A DNA stretch of 63,973 nucleotides from assembly GCA_013388435.1 (NCBI GenBank), contig JACAFE010000030.1:1-63973 (forward strand), read 5' to 3'. The notes under the pieces were generated by a model that saw only the letters and a list, made by a program, of their open reading frames with translations, was not told the DNA's origin and searched no databases. This document shows positions 53,048 through 62,641 of the stretch, piece after piece. Made by a program: the position numbers and the translations under genes. This DNA is from Nitrospirota bacterium (GTDB lineage: Bacteria > Nitrospirota > Thermodesulfovibrionia > Thermodesulfovibrionales > SM23-35). Each line of letters starts with the position of its first letter. The first letter of the stretch is position 1.

Positions 53048-54130
53048 ATGGAATTTACACCTAAATGGATCGCGTGGGAAATTACGAGAAGATGTAATTT
53101 AAATTGCATACACTGCAGGTCTTCTTCAACACTGGAAGTTCAATCACACCCTGATTTTCCAACAGAAGAAGCTTTCAGAATTATTGATGATATTTCTTCA
53201 TACGCAAAACCGGTTATTGTATTATCAGGCGGTGAACCTTTGCTTAGAAAAGATGTCTTCGATATAGCAAAATACGGGAACGAAAAAGATTTGAGAATGT
53301 GTATTGCAACAAATGGAACTCTTGTAAATGATGATGTCTGCAAAAAAATGAAAGAATCAAGCATAAAAATGGTATCCCTGAGTCTTGATGGTTCGAATGA
53401 AATTGTGCATGATAACTTTAGAAACCAAAAAGGTGCATTCGCAGGAACAATAAATGCGGCAAAACTTTTCAAAAAATACGGGATTAATTTCCTTATAAAT
53501 TCTTCATTTACAAAAAGAAATCAGGAAGAAATACCAAAAGTTTATCGTCTTGCAAAAGAACTCGGCGCAACCGCGTGGTATATGTTTATGATAGTTCCTA
53601 CCGGCAGGGGAGAAGAAATCATGAATGAACTAATCTCAAAAGAAGATTATGAAGAACTCCTCGAATGGCACTATCATATGGAAAAGCAAGAAAAAGATCT
53701 GCTTGTAAGGCCTACCTGTGCGCCTCATTATTACAGAACAGTACTCCAGAAATCAAAAGAAGAAGGGGATAAATTTGAGAGAAGATCTCTGAAATTTTCT
53801 ACTGGTGGTTCCAAAGGCTGTATTGCCGGACAGCTCATTGCTTTAATAGATGTTGATGGAAATGTTCTGCCTTGCAGTTATTTTCCAAAGCCTGCCGGCA
53901 ACATAAGAAAACAAACATTTAAAGACATATGGGAAAATTCAGAGCTTTTCAAAGAATTGAGAGACTTTAAAAAATATAAAGGCAAATGTGGTTCGTGCGA
54001 ATATATACATGTATGCGGTGGATGCAGAGCAAGGGCATATGCTGTATCAGGGGATTATCTTGATGAAGAACCTTTCTGCCAATATATACCAAGAAAATTA
54101 AAAAATACAAAGAGGAGGGAGTTGGAATGA
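53048..54130 (+). CDS. ahbD: Radical SAM/SPASM heme-biosynthesis enzyme, AhbD-like (coproheme decarboxylase)
   Basis: [31 protein letters not shown] and a SPASM region (GCIAG...PCSY...CGSC....CGGCRARA...EEPFC). Translationally coupled to hemE-hemH. Confidence 0.7.
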   Translation: MEFTPKWIAWEITRRCNLNCIHCRSSSTLEVQSHPDFPTEEAFRIIDDISSYAKPVIVLSGGEPLLRKDVFDIAKYGNEKDLRMCIATNGTLVNDDVCKKMKESSIKMVSLSLDGSNEIVHDNFRNQKGAFAGTINAAKLFKKYGINFLINSSFTKRNQEEIPKVYRLAKELGATAWYMFMIVPTGRGEEIMNELISKEDYEELLEWHYHMEKQEKDLLVRPTCAPHYYRTVLQKSKEEGDKFERRSLKFSTGGSKGCIAGQLIALIDVDGNVLPCSYFPKPAGNIRKQTFKDIWENSELFKELRDFKKYKGKCGSCEYIHVCGGCRARAYAVSGDYLDEEPFCQYIPRKLKNTKRRELE

Positions 54131-55152
54131 ACGATACTTTTTTAAAGGTTTGTCGTGGAGAAAAAGCTGATTACACACCTGTATGGTTGATGCGTCAGGC
54201 AGGAAGGTATATGCCTCAGTATCAGGCTATAAGGTCTAATATAGATTTTTTAACACTCTGTAAAAATCCAAAATTTGCTGCAGAAGTCACTCTTCAGCCA
54301 GTTGATGTACTCGGTGTCGATGCAGCAATTCTTTTTTCGGACATACTTATTGTTGTCGAACCTATGGGTATGCGCCTTGAGTTTTCAGAAAAAGAAGGTC
54401 CTGTTCTTAGCGAACCTGTAAGAAATAAATCCGCGGTAGATAAATTGATAGTACCCGAGATAGAACAGGACCTGCCTTTTGTTCTTGAAACAATAAAAAT
54501 TCTCAGGGAAGAACTTAAAGATAAAGTGCCTTTAATAGGTTTTTCAGGTTCTCCTTTTACACTTGCAACATATATGATAGAAGGTGGAACATCAAAAAAT
54601 TTTGTGAATACAAAAAAATTAATGTTCCAGAATTCCTCTGCTTTTCACTATCTTATGGATAAACTGACTGATACTGTGAGTGCATATTTATTAGCTCAAA
54701 TCAAGTCAGGTGCGCAGGCTGTTCAGATATTCGATACATGGGCAGGAATACTAACACCTCAGGATTTTCGCATTTATGTTCTGCCTTATATAAAAAAATT
54801 AATAAAGGAATTGAAAAAAACAGATGCTCCTGTAATTTATTTTGTAAATGAATGTGCTGGCATCCTATCTGAAATAAAAAAATGCGGCGCTGATATTATT
54901 GGAGTTGACTGGAGAATAGATTTATCCGATGCCATTAAAAAACTCGGAAAGAAAATAATTATTCAGGGCAATCTTGACCCATGTGCTCTTTTTCTACCAA
55001 AAGAAAAGCTCGAGGACAGGATTAAAGATATATTATGGAAAGGAGAATCTGCAAGAGGACACATTTTCAATTTAGGACATGGAATACTTCCACAAACTCC
55101 TGTTGAGAATGTTATTACTCTGGTTGAAGCAGTTCATACTTTCAGCAGATGA
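54127..55152 (+). CDS. hemE: Uroporphyrinogen decarboxylase
   Basis: Motifs [33 protein letters not shown] and FNLGHG. Confidence 0.96.
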   Translation: MNDTFLKVCRGEKADYTPVWLMRQAGRYMPQYQAIRSNIDFLTLCKNPKFAAEVTLQPVDVLGVDAAILFSDILIVVEPMGMRLEFSEKEGPVLSEPVRNKSAVDKLIVPEIEQDLPFVLETIKILREELKDKVPLIGFSGSPFTLATYMIEGGTSKNFVNTKKLMFQNSSAFHYLMDKLTDTVSAYLLAQIKSGAQAVQIFDTWAGILTPQDFRIYVLPYIKKLIKELKKTDAPVIYFVNECAGILSEIKKCGADIIGVDWRIDLSDAIKKLGKKIIIQGNLDPCALFLPKEKLEDRIKDILWKGESARGHIFNLGHGILPQTPVENVITLVEAVHTFSR

Positions 55153-56129
55153 ATAAAAACCTTACAGCAATATTGCTTCTAAATCTTGGCGGACCTGATT
55201 CAATTCAGGCAGTACGTCCGTTTCTCTATAACCTTTTCTCCGATAGACAGATTATTCGACTCGGCCCTTCTTTTTTACAAAAACCAATTGCAGGCTTTAT
55301 TTCATTCTTCAGATCAAAAAAAACAGAAAAGTACTACAAACTCATCGGTGGCAAATCCCCTATCTTAGAAATTACACAAGCTCAGGCAAAAGCTCTTGAA
55401 AAGGCTTTAGATAAATCAGAAGATAATAATGAATTCAAGGTTTTTATTGGTATGCGTTACTGGCATCCATTTATTGAAAATGTGGTTTCTGAAATAAATC
55501 AAAATGGAATAAAAAAAATAATTGCTCTCAGTCTATATCCTCAGTATTCAATTACAACTTCTGGCTCTTCATTCACAAGGCTTGATGAAGTTTCAAAGAA
55601 ATTTGACCTTCGGATTACAAAAATAGAATCATGGAATAACCATCCTTTATATATTGACGCACTGGTTGATGTTATAAGGAAGGGGCTCGATTCTTTTTTT
55701 GAAAATGTTAGCTCATATTCTTTTTCTGAAATTCATGTCCTTTTCAGCGCCCACAGTCTTCCTAAAAAAATAATTGATGCAGGTGATCCATACGAAAAAC
55801 AGACATTAGAAACAATAAATGAAATTACAAAAAAAATTAATATACAATGGCACCTTAGCTATCAATCCAGGAGCGGCCCTGTAAAATGGCTTGAACCTTC
55901 AACAGAAGAAAAGCTTAAAGAACTTTCCGAGAAGGGAGTAAAAAATGTACTTATTGTTCCAATAAGTTTTGTTTCGGATCATATAGAAACACTTTATGAG
56001 ATTGATATCTTTTACAAATCTCTTGCAAAAGAACTCGGTATAAATATGAAAAGAGCAGATTCTTTAAATACCCATCCATTATTCATAGAAGCATTAAAAG
56101 ATATCGTCTTAAAAAACACTAAATCTTAA
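55149..56129 (+). CDS. hemH: Ferrochelatase (proto- or coproporphyrin)
   Basis: Motifs LLNLGGP, GGKSP, MRYWHP, LYPQYS, FSAHSLP, QSRSGP.KWLEP and FVSDHIETLYEID. Confidence 0.95.
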   Translation: MNKNLTAILLLNLGGPDSIQAVRPFLYNLFSDRQIIRLGPSFLQKPIAGFISFFRSKKTEKYYKLIGGKSPILEITQAQAKALEKALDKSEDNNEFKVFIGMRYWHPFIENVVSEINQNGIKKIIALSLYPQYSITTSGSSFTRLDEVSKKFDLRITKIESWNNHPLYIDALVDVIRKGLDSFFENVSSYSFSEIHVLFSAHSLPKKIIDAGDPYEKQTLETINEITKKINIQWHLSYQSRSGPVKWLEPSTEEKLKELSEKGVKNVLIVPISFVSDHIETLYEIDIFYKSLAKELGINMKRADSLNTHPLFIEALKDIVLKNTKS

Positions 56130-56356
56130 CAAGTCGGTAAGCATGGTTGAAAGTCCGAAAAAACTCTGAGGAGGCAAGCTTCAAATATGATATTTTAAAA
56201 TAGTAATATCATCATATTTTCTCGCACTTGATTTTTAATGCTGTTATGTGTTATTAATTACAGGTTTTTTTTCTTCAGTTGATGTATTTTTAATTGCAAT
56301 CATACTGAAAGAGATTTAGTATATCTTAATTTAATAAATTTGGAGATTTTAGATAG

Positions 56357-57670
56357 GTGGGTTTTTTAGTCTTTAAAGGCGGCATTCATCCTGCTGACAA
56401 AAAAGAACTTTCAGCAGACAAAAAGATAACCGAAACAATTAAACCTCCGAAAGTTATAATTCCATTGAGCCAGCATATTGGAGCGCCATGCAAACCAGTT
56501 GTCACAATAAATCAGGAAATAAAAAAAGGTGAATTGATTGGAGAAGCAACAGGTTTTGTTTCTGCTCCAGTTCATTCTTCTGTATCCGGGAAAGTCATAT
56601 CAATTATCGAAATTCCAAATATAATGGGAAGAATGGTTACTTCTGTGGTTGTTGAAAACGATTTTAAAGATGAATGGACATTATTAAAAGACAATCCCGA
56701 TTATATGAAACTTAGCCCCGATGAAATAAAGGAAAAGATTAAAAATGCAGGAATAGTTGGTATGGGCGGAGCTACATTTCCTGCTATAGTCAAACTTTCT
56801 CCTCCTAAAGAAAAACCAATTGATACAGTTATTATAAACGGTTCTGAATGCGAGCCGTATCTCACAGGCGACTATAGATTAATGATAGAAAAACCTTCTG
56901 AAATAATAGAGGGATTGAAAATAATAATGAAAGTTTTGGGAGTATCAAATGGATTTATCGGAATAGAAGACAATAAACCGTTAGCTATCGAATCTCTTAA
57001 AAAAGCGGTTATCAATTCAGAAGGTATTAATATTAAAGTATGCTCTTTACGTACAAGATATCCGCAGGGCGCAGAAAAAATGCTAATAAAAGCGATTACC
57101 GGAAGAGAAGTGCCTCCGAGAGCACTACCCATGGATGTTAAAGTTGTGGTGCATAATGCAGGAACGGCTAATGCAATATATGAAGCTGTTCGTTTTGGCA
57201 AACCATTAATTGACAGAGTTGTAACTGTATCAGGTGAAGGGATTAGAGAGCCTAAAAATCTTCTTGTTAAAATCGGCACACCTATTTCTCATCTAATTGA
57301 AGAATGCGGAGGGCTTAAAGAAAATGCTGTCAAAGTTATTTCCGGTGGCCCGATGATGGGATTTGCGATAGCTTCACTCGATATGCCTGTAACAAAAGGT
57401 ACTTCAGGCATCACTGTACTTACTGAAAAAGAGATTGTGCATACAGAAAAATTTAGACCTTGTATAAAATGTGGAAGGTGTATTGACGCATGTCCCATGG
57501 GACTGATGCCATCAATGTTAAGCGTTTATAGCGAAAGAGGCTTTTTTGAAGGAGCAAAAGAATACAATCTTTTTGATTGTTTTGAATGTGGATGCTGTAC
57601 ATATGTCTGTCCTTCAAAAAGACCAATTGTACATTTAATAAGACTTGCAAAAACACAGGTTAAACCATGA
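56357..57670 (+). CDS. rnfC: Rnf complex subunit C
   Basis: FKGGIHP, GIVGMGGATFP, NGSECEPY, YPQGAEK, GGPMMG and two CxxCxxCxxxCP motifs. GTG start. Confidence 0.95.
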   Translation: MGFLVFKGGIHPADKKELSADKKITETIKPPKVIIPLSQHIGAPCKPVVTINQEIKKGELIGEATGFVSAPVHSSVSGKVISIIEIPNIMGRMVTSVVVENDFKDEWTLLKDNPDYMKLSPDEIKEKIKNAGIVGMGGATFPAIVKLSPPKEKPIDTVIINGSECEPYLTGDYRLMIEKPSEIIEGLKIIMKVLGVSNGFIGIEDNKPLAIESLKKAVINSEGINIKVCSLRTRYPQGAEKMLIKAITGREVPPRALPMDVKVVVHNAGTANAIYEAVRFGKPLIDRVVTVSGEGIREPKNLLVKIGTPISHLIEECGGLKENAVKVISGGPMMGFAIASLDMPVTKGTSGITVLTEKEIVHTEKFRPCIKCGRCIDACPMGLMPSMLSVYSERGFFEGAKEYNLFDCFECGCCTYVCPSKRPIVHLIRLAKTQVKP

Positions 57671-57682
57671 GCATTCTAAATT

Positions 57683-58690
57683 ATGGACAAAGAGAACAAT
57701 CATAGTAAATCATTTATCGTATCAGTTAGTCCCCATATAAGAAGTGATGAATCCACTGGCCGTATTATGTGGAGCGTATCTGCGTCATTACTGCCTGCTG
57801 TGATTATGGGAGCTTATTACTTTGGTCCGCGTGCTATATTTGCGCTGGCATTATGTATTGTGTCATCCGTTTTTTTCGAATTTCTATATCTGAAAATACT
57901 GAAAAAAGATATAACCATAAATGACGGCAGTGCATTCCTAACAGGTCTTCTATTAGGAATGAATCTTCCAGCTTCTGTTCCTTTCTATATACCTGTTGCA
58001 GGTTCATTTTTCGCTATTATAATTACAAAGCAACTATTCGGCGGGCTTGGATATAATATTTTTAATCCTGCATTAATCGGCAGGGCTTTTCTTCTTGTAT
58101 CTTTTCCTAAACTAATGACAGCATGGACAGAACCTTCCCCGGCTTTTATTAAAATTGATGCAATTACAACCGCTACTCCTCTGGGAATATTAAAAGAAGA
58201 AGGATATACAAAACTCATAGAAATTTTTGGAGACAAAGCTAATCTTTATTCACACCTATTGTATGGAAACCGCGCTGGATGCATAGGTGAAACATCAGCC
58301 ATCGCACTTTTATTAGGAGCAGCTTTTCTTTTTTATCGCAGATATATTACCTGGCACATTCCTTTGACTTTTATTGGCACAGCAGCTTTAATTGCATGGA
58401 TATTCGGAGGAAACAGTGGATTGTTTTCAGGTGACCCATTGCTTCATATTCTTAGCGGAGGAATGATGCTTGGAGCTTTCTTCATGGCAACTGATTATGT
58501 AACAAGCCCATCAATGAAAAGCGGGCAGGTTTTATTCGGCATAGGTTGCGGATTCTTAACAATGCTTATAAGATTAAAAGGTGGATATCCTGAAGGTGTA
58601 ATGTTTGCAATACTTATAATGAACTGTTTTTCACCGCTGATTGACAGGGGTTTTAAAAGTAAGATTTTTGGAGCAGTAAAGAAAAAATGA
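57683..58690 (+). CDS. rnfD: Rnf complex subunit D
   Basis: SPHI, KQLFGGLG.NIFNPA, DAITTATPL (FMN-Thr), GCIGETS, FFMATD and PEGVMFAIL. Confidence 0.95.
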   Translation: MDKENNHSKSFIVSVSPHIRSDESTGRIMWSVSASLLPAVIMGAYYFGPRAIFALALCIVSSVFFEFLYLKILKKDITINDGSAFLTGLLLGMNLPASVPFYIPVAGSFFAIIITKQLFGGLGYNIFNPALIGRAFLLVSFPKLMTAWTEPSPAFIKIDAITTATPLGILKEEGYTKLIEIFGDKANLYSHLLYGNRAGCIGETSAIALLLGAAFLFYRRYITWHIPLTFIGTAALIAWIFGGNSGLFSGDPLLHILSGGMMLGAFFMATDYVTSPSMKSGQVLFGIGCGFLTMLIRLKGGYPEGVMFAILIMNCFSPLIDRGFKSKIFGAVKKK

Positions 58691-59277
58691 ATACTAAAGA
58701 TATTATTAAAATTACTCTAAATCTCGTTGTCATTTATCTTATCGGAGGTGCTATTCTTGCATTTGTTTATGCTAAAACATCTCCTATAATGTATAGAAAC
58801 TCTGTAATAGAAAAAGAGCGGGCTCTTAAAAAACTTATGCCCGAGGCTGATAAGATTGATAAACTCGGGGATTGGGTAATACATGACAAACATGCTGAAT
58901 ATTATATAGCGATGAAAGAGAATAAAGTTATTGGTTATTTAATTCAGTCTTTTGGAAAAGGTTATTCAAGTTACATTAACATTCTGACGGCAGTTGACAC
59001 TGACTTTAAAGTTAAAAAGATTGGTATTCTCAGTCATGCTGAAACACCCGGGCTTGGAGATGAAATTGAAAAAGATAATTTCATAAACCAGTTTAAAGAA
59101 AAAGATTTAGATCATCTTAAGGTCTTGAAAACTGATACAAAAGAATATGTTCAAGCTATCTCAGGAGCAACAATCTCAAGCAGGGCAGTCACCGAAGATG
59201 CTGTCAGAAATGCTGTTTCTTTTTTGATTAATAATATAAAGCAAAAAGAGAAATCAGATGATACAGAAAAAAATTAA
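58687..59277 (+). CDS. rnfG: Rnf complex subunit G
   Basis: N-terminal TM helix, GKGYSS, HAETPGLG and ISGATISS (FMN-Thr). Confidence 0.93.
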   Translation: MNTKDIIKITLNLVVIYLIGGAILAFVYAKTSPIMYRNSVIEKERALKKLMPEADKIDKLGDWVIHDKHAEYYIAMKENKVIGYLIQSFGKGYSSYINILTAVDTDFKVKKIGILSHAETPGLGDEIEKDNFINQFKEKDLDHLKVLKTDTKEYVQAISGATISSRAVTEDAVRNAVSFLINNIKQKEKSDDTEKN

Positions 59278-59872
59278 TTATTACGAAGTCATTAAAAACG
59301 GAATTTTCAAGGAAAATACTATTTTCAAACTCGCATTGAGTTTATGCCCTTCTATAGCTGTTACGAACAATCTAAGAAATGGTGTTTTAATGGGCACAGC
59401 AGTTCTTTTTGTGCAGGTAATGGTTAATATTACTATTTCCCTGATGAGACATTTTATTCATCCAAGAATCAGGCTGCCGATATTCATGCTTGTAATATCT
59501 GGCTGGGTTACAATAACAGACATGTCAATGGCAGCTTTTGCTCCTGAAGCATATAAACAGATGGGGCTTTATATACAGTTAATAGTCGCATTCGCTTCTA
59601 TTCTTGCGCGCGCTGAAATGTTTGCAAGTAAAAACCGTTTTATACCCTCGATGTTTGATGGAATAGGAATGGGACTCGGTTTTTTATTCGCGCTTAGTCT
59701 TATAAGCTTTTTCAGGGAATTGCTCGGTAAAGGTTCCCTCTGGGGATATCAGATTATAAATGCAAAACCCTTGCTAATTTTCATTCTGCCTGCAGGAGGG
59801 TTTATTGCTGTAGGAATTTTAATGGGAATATTCAACTGGATTTATGGCAAATATGAAAATAAAAGTTATTAA
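59258..59872 (+). CDS. rnfE: Rnf complex subunit E
   Basis: LSLCPSIAVT, IRLPIF, FRELLG and PAGGF. Confidence 0.92.
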   Translation: MIQKKINYYEVIKNGIFKENTIFKLALSLCPSIAVTNNLRNGVLMGTAVLFVQVMVNITISLMRHFIHPRIRLPIFMLVISGWVTITDMSMAAFAPEAYKQMGLYIQLIVAFASILARAEMFASKNRFIPSMFDGIGMGLGFLFALSLISFFRELLGKGSLWGYQIINAKPLLIFILPAGGFIAVGILMGIFNWIYGKYENKSY

Positions 59873-59890
59873 TCATACATAGGAGAAAAA

Positions 59891-60484
59891 ATGAGTTCAG
59901 AGTTCGTAAAGGTTTTCGAGCTAATTATTTCTGCTTCTCTTATAAATAATTTTGTGTTCACAAGATTTCTTGGATTATGCATATTTTTTGGTGTTTCAAG
60001 AAGAATGGAAACTGCTATTGGCATGAGCATTACATTTACTTCTGTTATGATGATCAGTTCGGGACTTAGCTGGCTCGTATTTAATTATGTACTTGTACCA
60101 TGGGATATTACTTTTTTAAAGATAATTATCTTTATAGGAATTGTTGCAGGTTTTGTTCAGGCTTCAGACACTATTATGAGAAAAATTTCTCCTGTTCTTT
60201 ATCATAAACTCGGTATTTATTTGGCGCTGATTTCAACCAACTGTATAATTCTTGCAGTCCCTCTGATTAATGCTGGAGAACGCTACAGCTTTATTGAAAG
60301 TATTTCTTTTGCATTCGGTTCAGGAATAGGGTTTGCTCTTGCACTGATAATTATGGCGAGTATCAGGGAAAGGCTCGAACTTGCTGATGTGCCAAAACCT
60401 TTCAGAGGAACACCAATAGCTTTCATAGTCACAGGACTCATAGCCTTAGCCTTTGCAGGTTTTTCTGGACTAATAAAAATTTAA
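59891..60484 (+). CDS. rnfA: Rnf complex subunit A
   Basis: NNFVFTRFLGLC, LALISTNC and IRERL...VP..F.G.PIAF. Confidence 0.93.
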   Translation: MSSEFVKVFELIISASLINNFVFTRFLGLCIFFGVSRRMETAIGMSITFTSVMMISSGLSWLVFNYVLVPWDITFLKIIIFIGIVAGFVQASDTIMRKISPVLYHKLGIYLALISTNCIILAVPLINAGERYSFIESISFAFGSGIGFALALIIMASIRERLELADVPKPFRGTPIAFIVTGLIALAFAGFSGLIKI

Positions 60485-60493
60485 GGGGTTTGA

Positions 60494-61636
60494 ATGATAG
60501 AGTTAATTGATCTTTTAAATCTAATTTTATCAGGGCTTAACTATATTATTCCCCATACAGGAGTTGGGGGCGGAGTAGAAGCAAAAGAATATGTAGAAAT
60601 CATCCCATTAATTAAATACACACTTATATTTCTTGCGGGAATAAGCATAATTTTTGGGCTCGGTCTTGCTTTTGCTGCCAAAAAATTTTCAGTTGAGGTT
60701 GATCCACGTGTTCAGGCGGTTCTTGATGTTCTTGCTCACGCTCATTGAGGCGCATGCGGGTTCGCAGGTTGCGAACAATATGCTGAAGCTGTTGTAAAAA
60801 AAGCTGAAGTCCCCCCTAACCTTTGCACTCCCGGCGGAGCTGCCACTGCAGAAGCTGTTGCAGGTATAACTGGGAAAAAAGTAACTTTAAAAGAACCTGA
60901 ATTTGCACGCATTATATGCAAGGGTGGATGGAGTAAATCATCCAAAAAATTTAAATACGAAGGTGTTAAAGATTGTAGAGCAGCGATGTTAACAGCAGGA
61001 GGAGATAAATCCTGTGTCTATGGATGTCTCGGATATGGAACATGTTCAAGGGTATGTCCATTTGGCGCAATAACAATGACCGATGATCATCTGCCTTTTA
61101 TAGATATAACAAAATGCACTGGTTGCAGAAAATGTGAAGCAGCCTGCCCACGAAAAGTTATCAAAGTTCTACCTTCTTCAAAACAGGTTCTTGTAACCTG
61201 CAATTCGAAGGACAAGGGTGCCGGGACAAAAAAGAATTGTAAGACAGGTTGTATTGCCTGCGGTATTTGTGTAAAAACATGTCCTTTTGATGCTGCTTTA
61301 ATTGAAAATAATCTTTCAAGAATAGATATTGAAAAGTGTAGAGTCTGTGGTTTATGCTTTAATAAATGTCCTACCGGCGCAATAACTGATTATATACCTC
61401 AAAGACCGAAAGCTTTTATAAATGACCGTTGCATTGGTTGCGGCATTTGTGCTAAAGTATGTCCCGTCAATGCACCATTTGGTGAATCCAAGAAATTACA
61501 CAAGATAGATGGCAACAAATGTATAGGTTGCGGAATATGCACAGAAAAATGTCCTGTGCAGGCTATTGAAGGAACTTTCAACACTGCTAAAGTGCTTGCT
61601 GAAGCAGCAAAGAAGAAAAAGAATCAGGCAGCTTAA
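60494..61636 (+). CDS. rnfB: Rnf complex subunit B, 380 aa, with an in-frame TGA (codon 85) read as probable selenocysteine
   Basis: ORFs 60494..60748 and 60986..61636 are in the same frame and the sequence between them is open. The joined protein reads DPRV..VLDVLAHAH-[TGA]-GACGFAGCEQYA...CTPGG (RnfB FeS domain) and carries six ferredoxin-type Cys motifs. Confidence 0.9.
60752..60783 (+). promoter_or_regulatory. Bacterial SECIS-like stem-loop directly after the rnfB TGA
   Basis: GCATG-CGG-GTTCGCA-GGT-TGCGAAC-AA-TATGC: a 5-bp lower stem, a perfect 7-bp upper stem and a G-starting apical loop 18 nt after the TGA. Confidence 0.75.
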
Positions 61637-61683
61637 CAATATAGATATTTCGAGAATATTTATTTTTGATCTCCGTGTCTGAA
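61633..61683 (+). repeat. Dispersed short intergenic repeat, copy 7 (begins at the rnfB stop codon)
   Basis: TTAACAATATAGATATTTCGAGAATATTTATTTTTGATCTCCGTGTCTGAA resembles copies 1, 3, 4 and 6. Confidence 0.6.
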
Positions 61684-61768
61684 CCATAGATTTATGGAAT
61701 AAAATTATGGGTTAATATATACCCACTCATCGAGGGGTTTAAATTAATAATTGAGGAGGTATTGGTTT

Positions 61769-62503
61769 ATGAAGTTATCAAGGTTTTCAGGTATTATTTT
61801 ATCTTTGTTTGTTATTTTAGCTTTTTCCGGTCTTGTATTTGCAGGAAGTGCAGGAGACGAAGCCCTGCAGAAATTACTCGATGGAAACAAAAGGTATGTC
61901 GAAGGCAAGTTTGCCAGCAAAGACCTTGGTGATTCAAGAAGAACCGAAATCTTAAAAGGCGGACAGCATCCTTTTGCAACAATTATTAGTTGTTCTGATT
62001 CAAGAGTTCCCCCTGAACATATTTTTGACCAGGGATTAGGTGATATTTTTATAGTAAGAGTTGCAGGCAATGTTGTTGATCCAATTGCACTCGGAAGTAT
62101 TGAATATGGCGTAGAACATGTTCATACGCCTTTGCTCATGATTCTTGGACATTCAGATTGTGGTGCTGTAAAAGCTACAATGGAAACAAAAGGTGAACCT
62201 GAAGGGAATATAGGTGCGATTGTTAAAAAAATCCAGCCTGCTGTAAAGAAAGCAAAGAAAAAAGGCGGTTCAAAAGACGAAATTCTTGAGACAGCTATTA
62301 AAGAAAATGTAATGAATGTATATGCTGATGTAATGAAAAGCCCTGTTGTTAAAGAACTTGTACATGAAGGAAAACTTAAGATAGTAGTTGCTGAATACAA
62401 TCTTTCAAATGGCAAAGTGGAAATGCTCGAACTTCCAAAAGTAAAACATGAAATGAAAAAATCAGAGCATAAAGCAGAAAAAAAGACTGAAAAAGCCCAC
62501 TAA
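61769..62503 (+). CDS. Exported beta-class carbonic anhydrase
   Basis: Signal peptide after SD GAGGAGG. Motifs CSDSRV, RVAGN and GHSDCGAV. Lys/His/Glu-rich tail. Confidence 0.92.
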   Translation: MKLSRFSGIILSLFVILAFSGLVFAGSAGDEALQKLLDGNKRYVEGKFASKDLGDSRRTEILKGGQHPFATIISCSDSRVPPEHIFDQGLGDIFIVRVAGNVVDPIALGSIEYGVEHVHTPLLMILGHSDCGAVKATMETKGEPEGNIGAIVKKIQPAVKKAKKKGGSKDEILETAIKENVMNVYADVMKSPVVKELVHEGKLKIVVAEYNLSNGKVEMLELPKVKHEMKKSEHKAEKKTEKAH

Positions 62504-62529
62504 TTCACCAATAATTTCTAAATAAATTT

Positions 62530-62565
62530 AAAAAGAGGGTTCAATATATATTGAACCCTCTTTTT
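62530..62565. terminator. Bidirectional-type intrinsic terminator
   Basis: Palindrome AAAAAGAGGGTTCAA-TATATA-TTGAACCCTCTTTTT. Confidence 0.85.
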
Positions 62566-62641
62566 TATTCTGATAAAGTAATATTCATTTTTTGAAGTAA
62601 TATTGAATAAGTTTTACATACTCTGATATTATTTAAAGAAC

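Noticed and set aside
56130-56356. Possible riboswitch or Rex operator upstream of rnfC (also examined 23204..23476)
   Set aside because: I could not match any conserved riboswitch core or a TTGTGAA-N4-TTCACAA site by eye. A covariance-model scan would be needed.
11098-57670. Other TGA-ending genes checked for selenocysteine read-through (YkgJ, hflX, rnfC, 64-aa ORF)
   Set aside because: For YkgJ, hflX and rnfC another stop follows within a few codons, and the 64-aa TGA overlaps the next start. None sits at a conserved Cys position.
60746-60748. Genome-wide TGA reassignment (genetic code 4 or 25) as the explanation for the rnfB TGA
   Set aside because: TGA clearly terminates Smr, hflX, hemE, rnfC and DUF1385 at their expected ends, often in ATGA overlaps.
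2891-61683. Dispersed repeat interpreted as sigma70 promoters or integron attC sites
   Set aside because: TTGCGA plus a spacer gives a -10-like hexamer in only some copies, and several would fire antisense into gene ends. There is no RYYYAAC/GTTRRRY pairing and no integrase.
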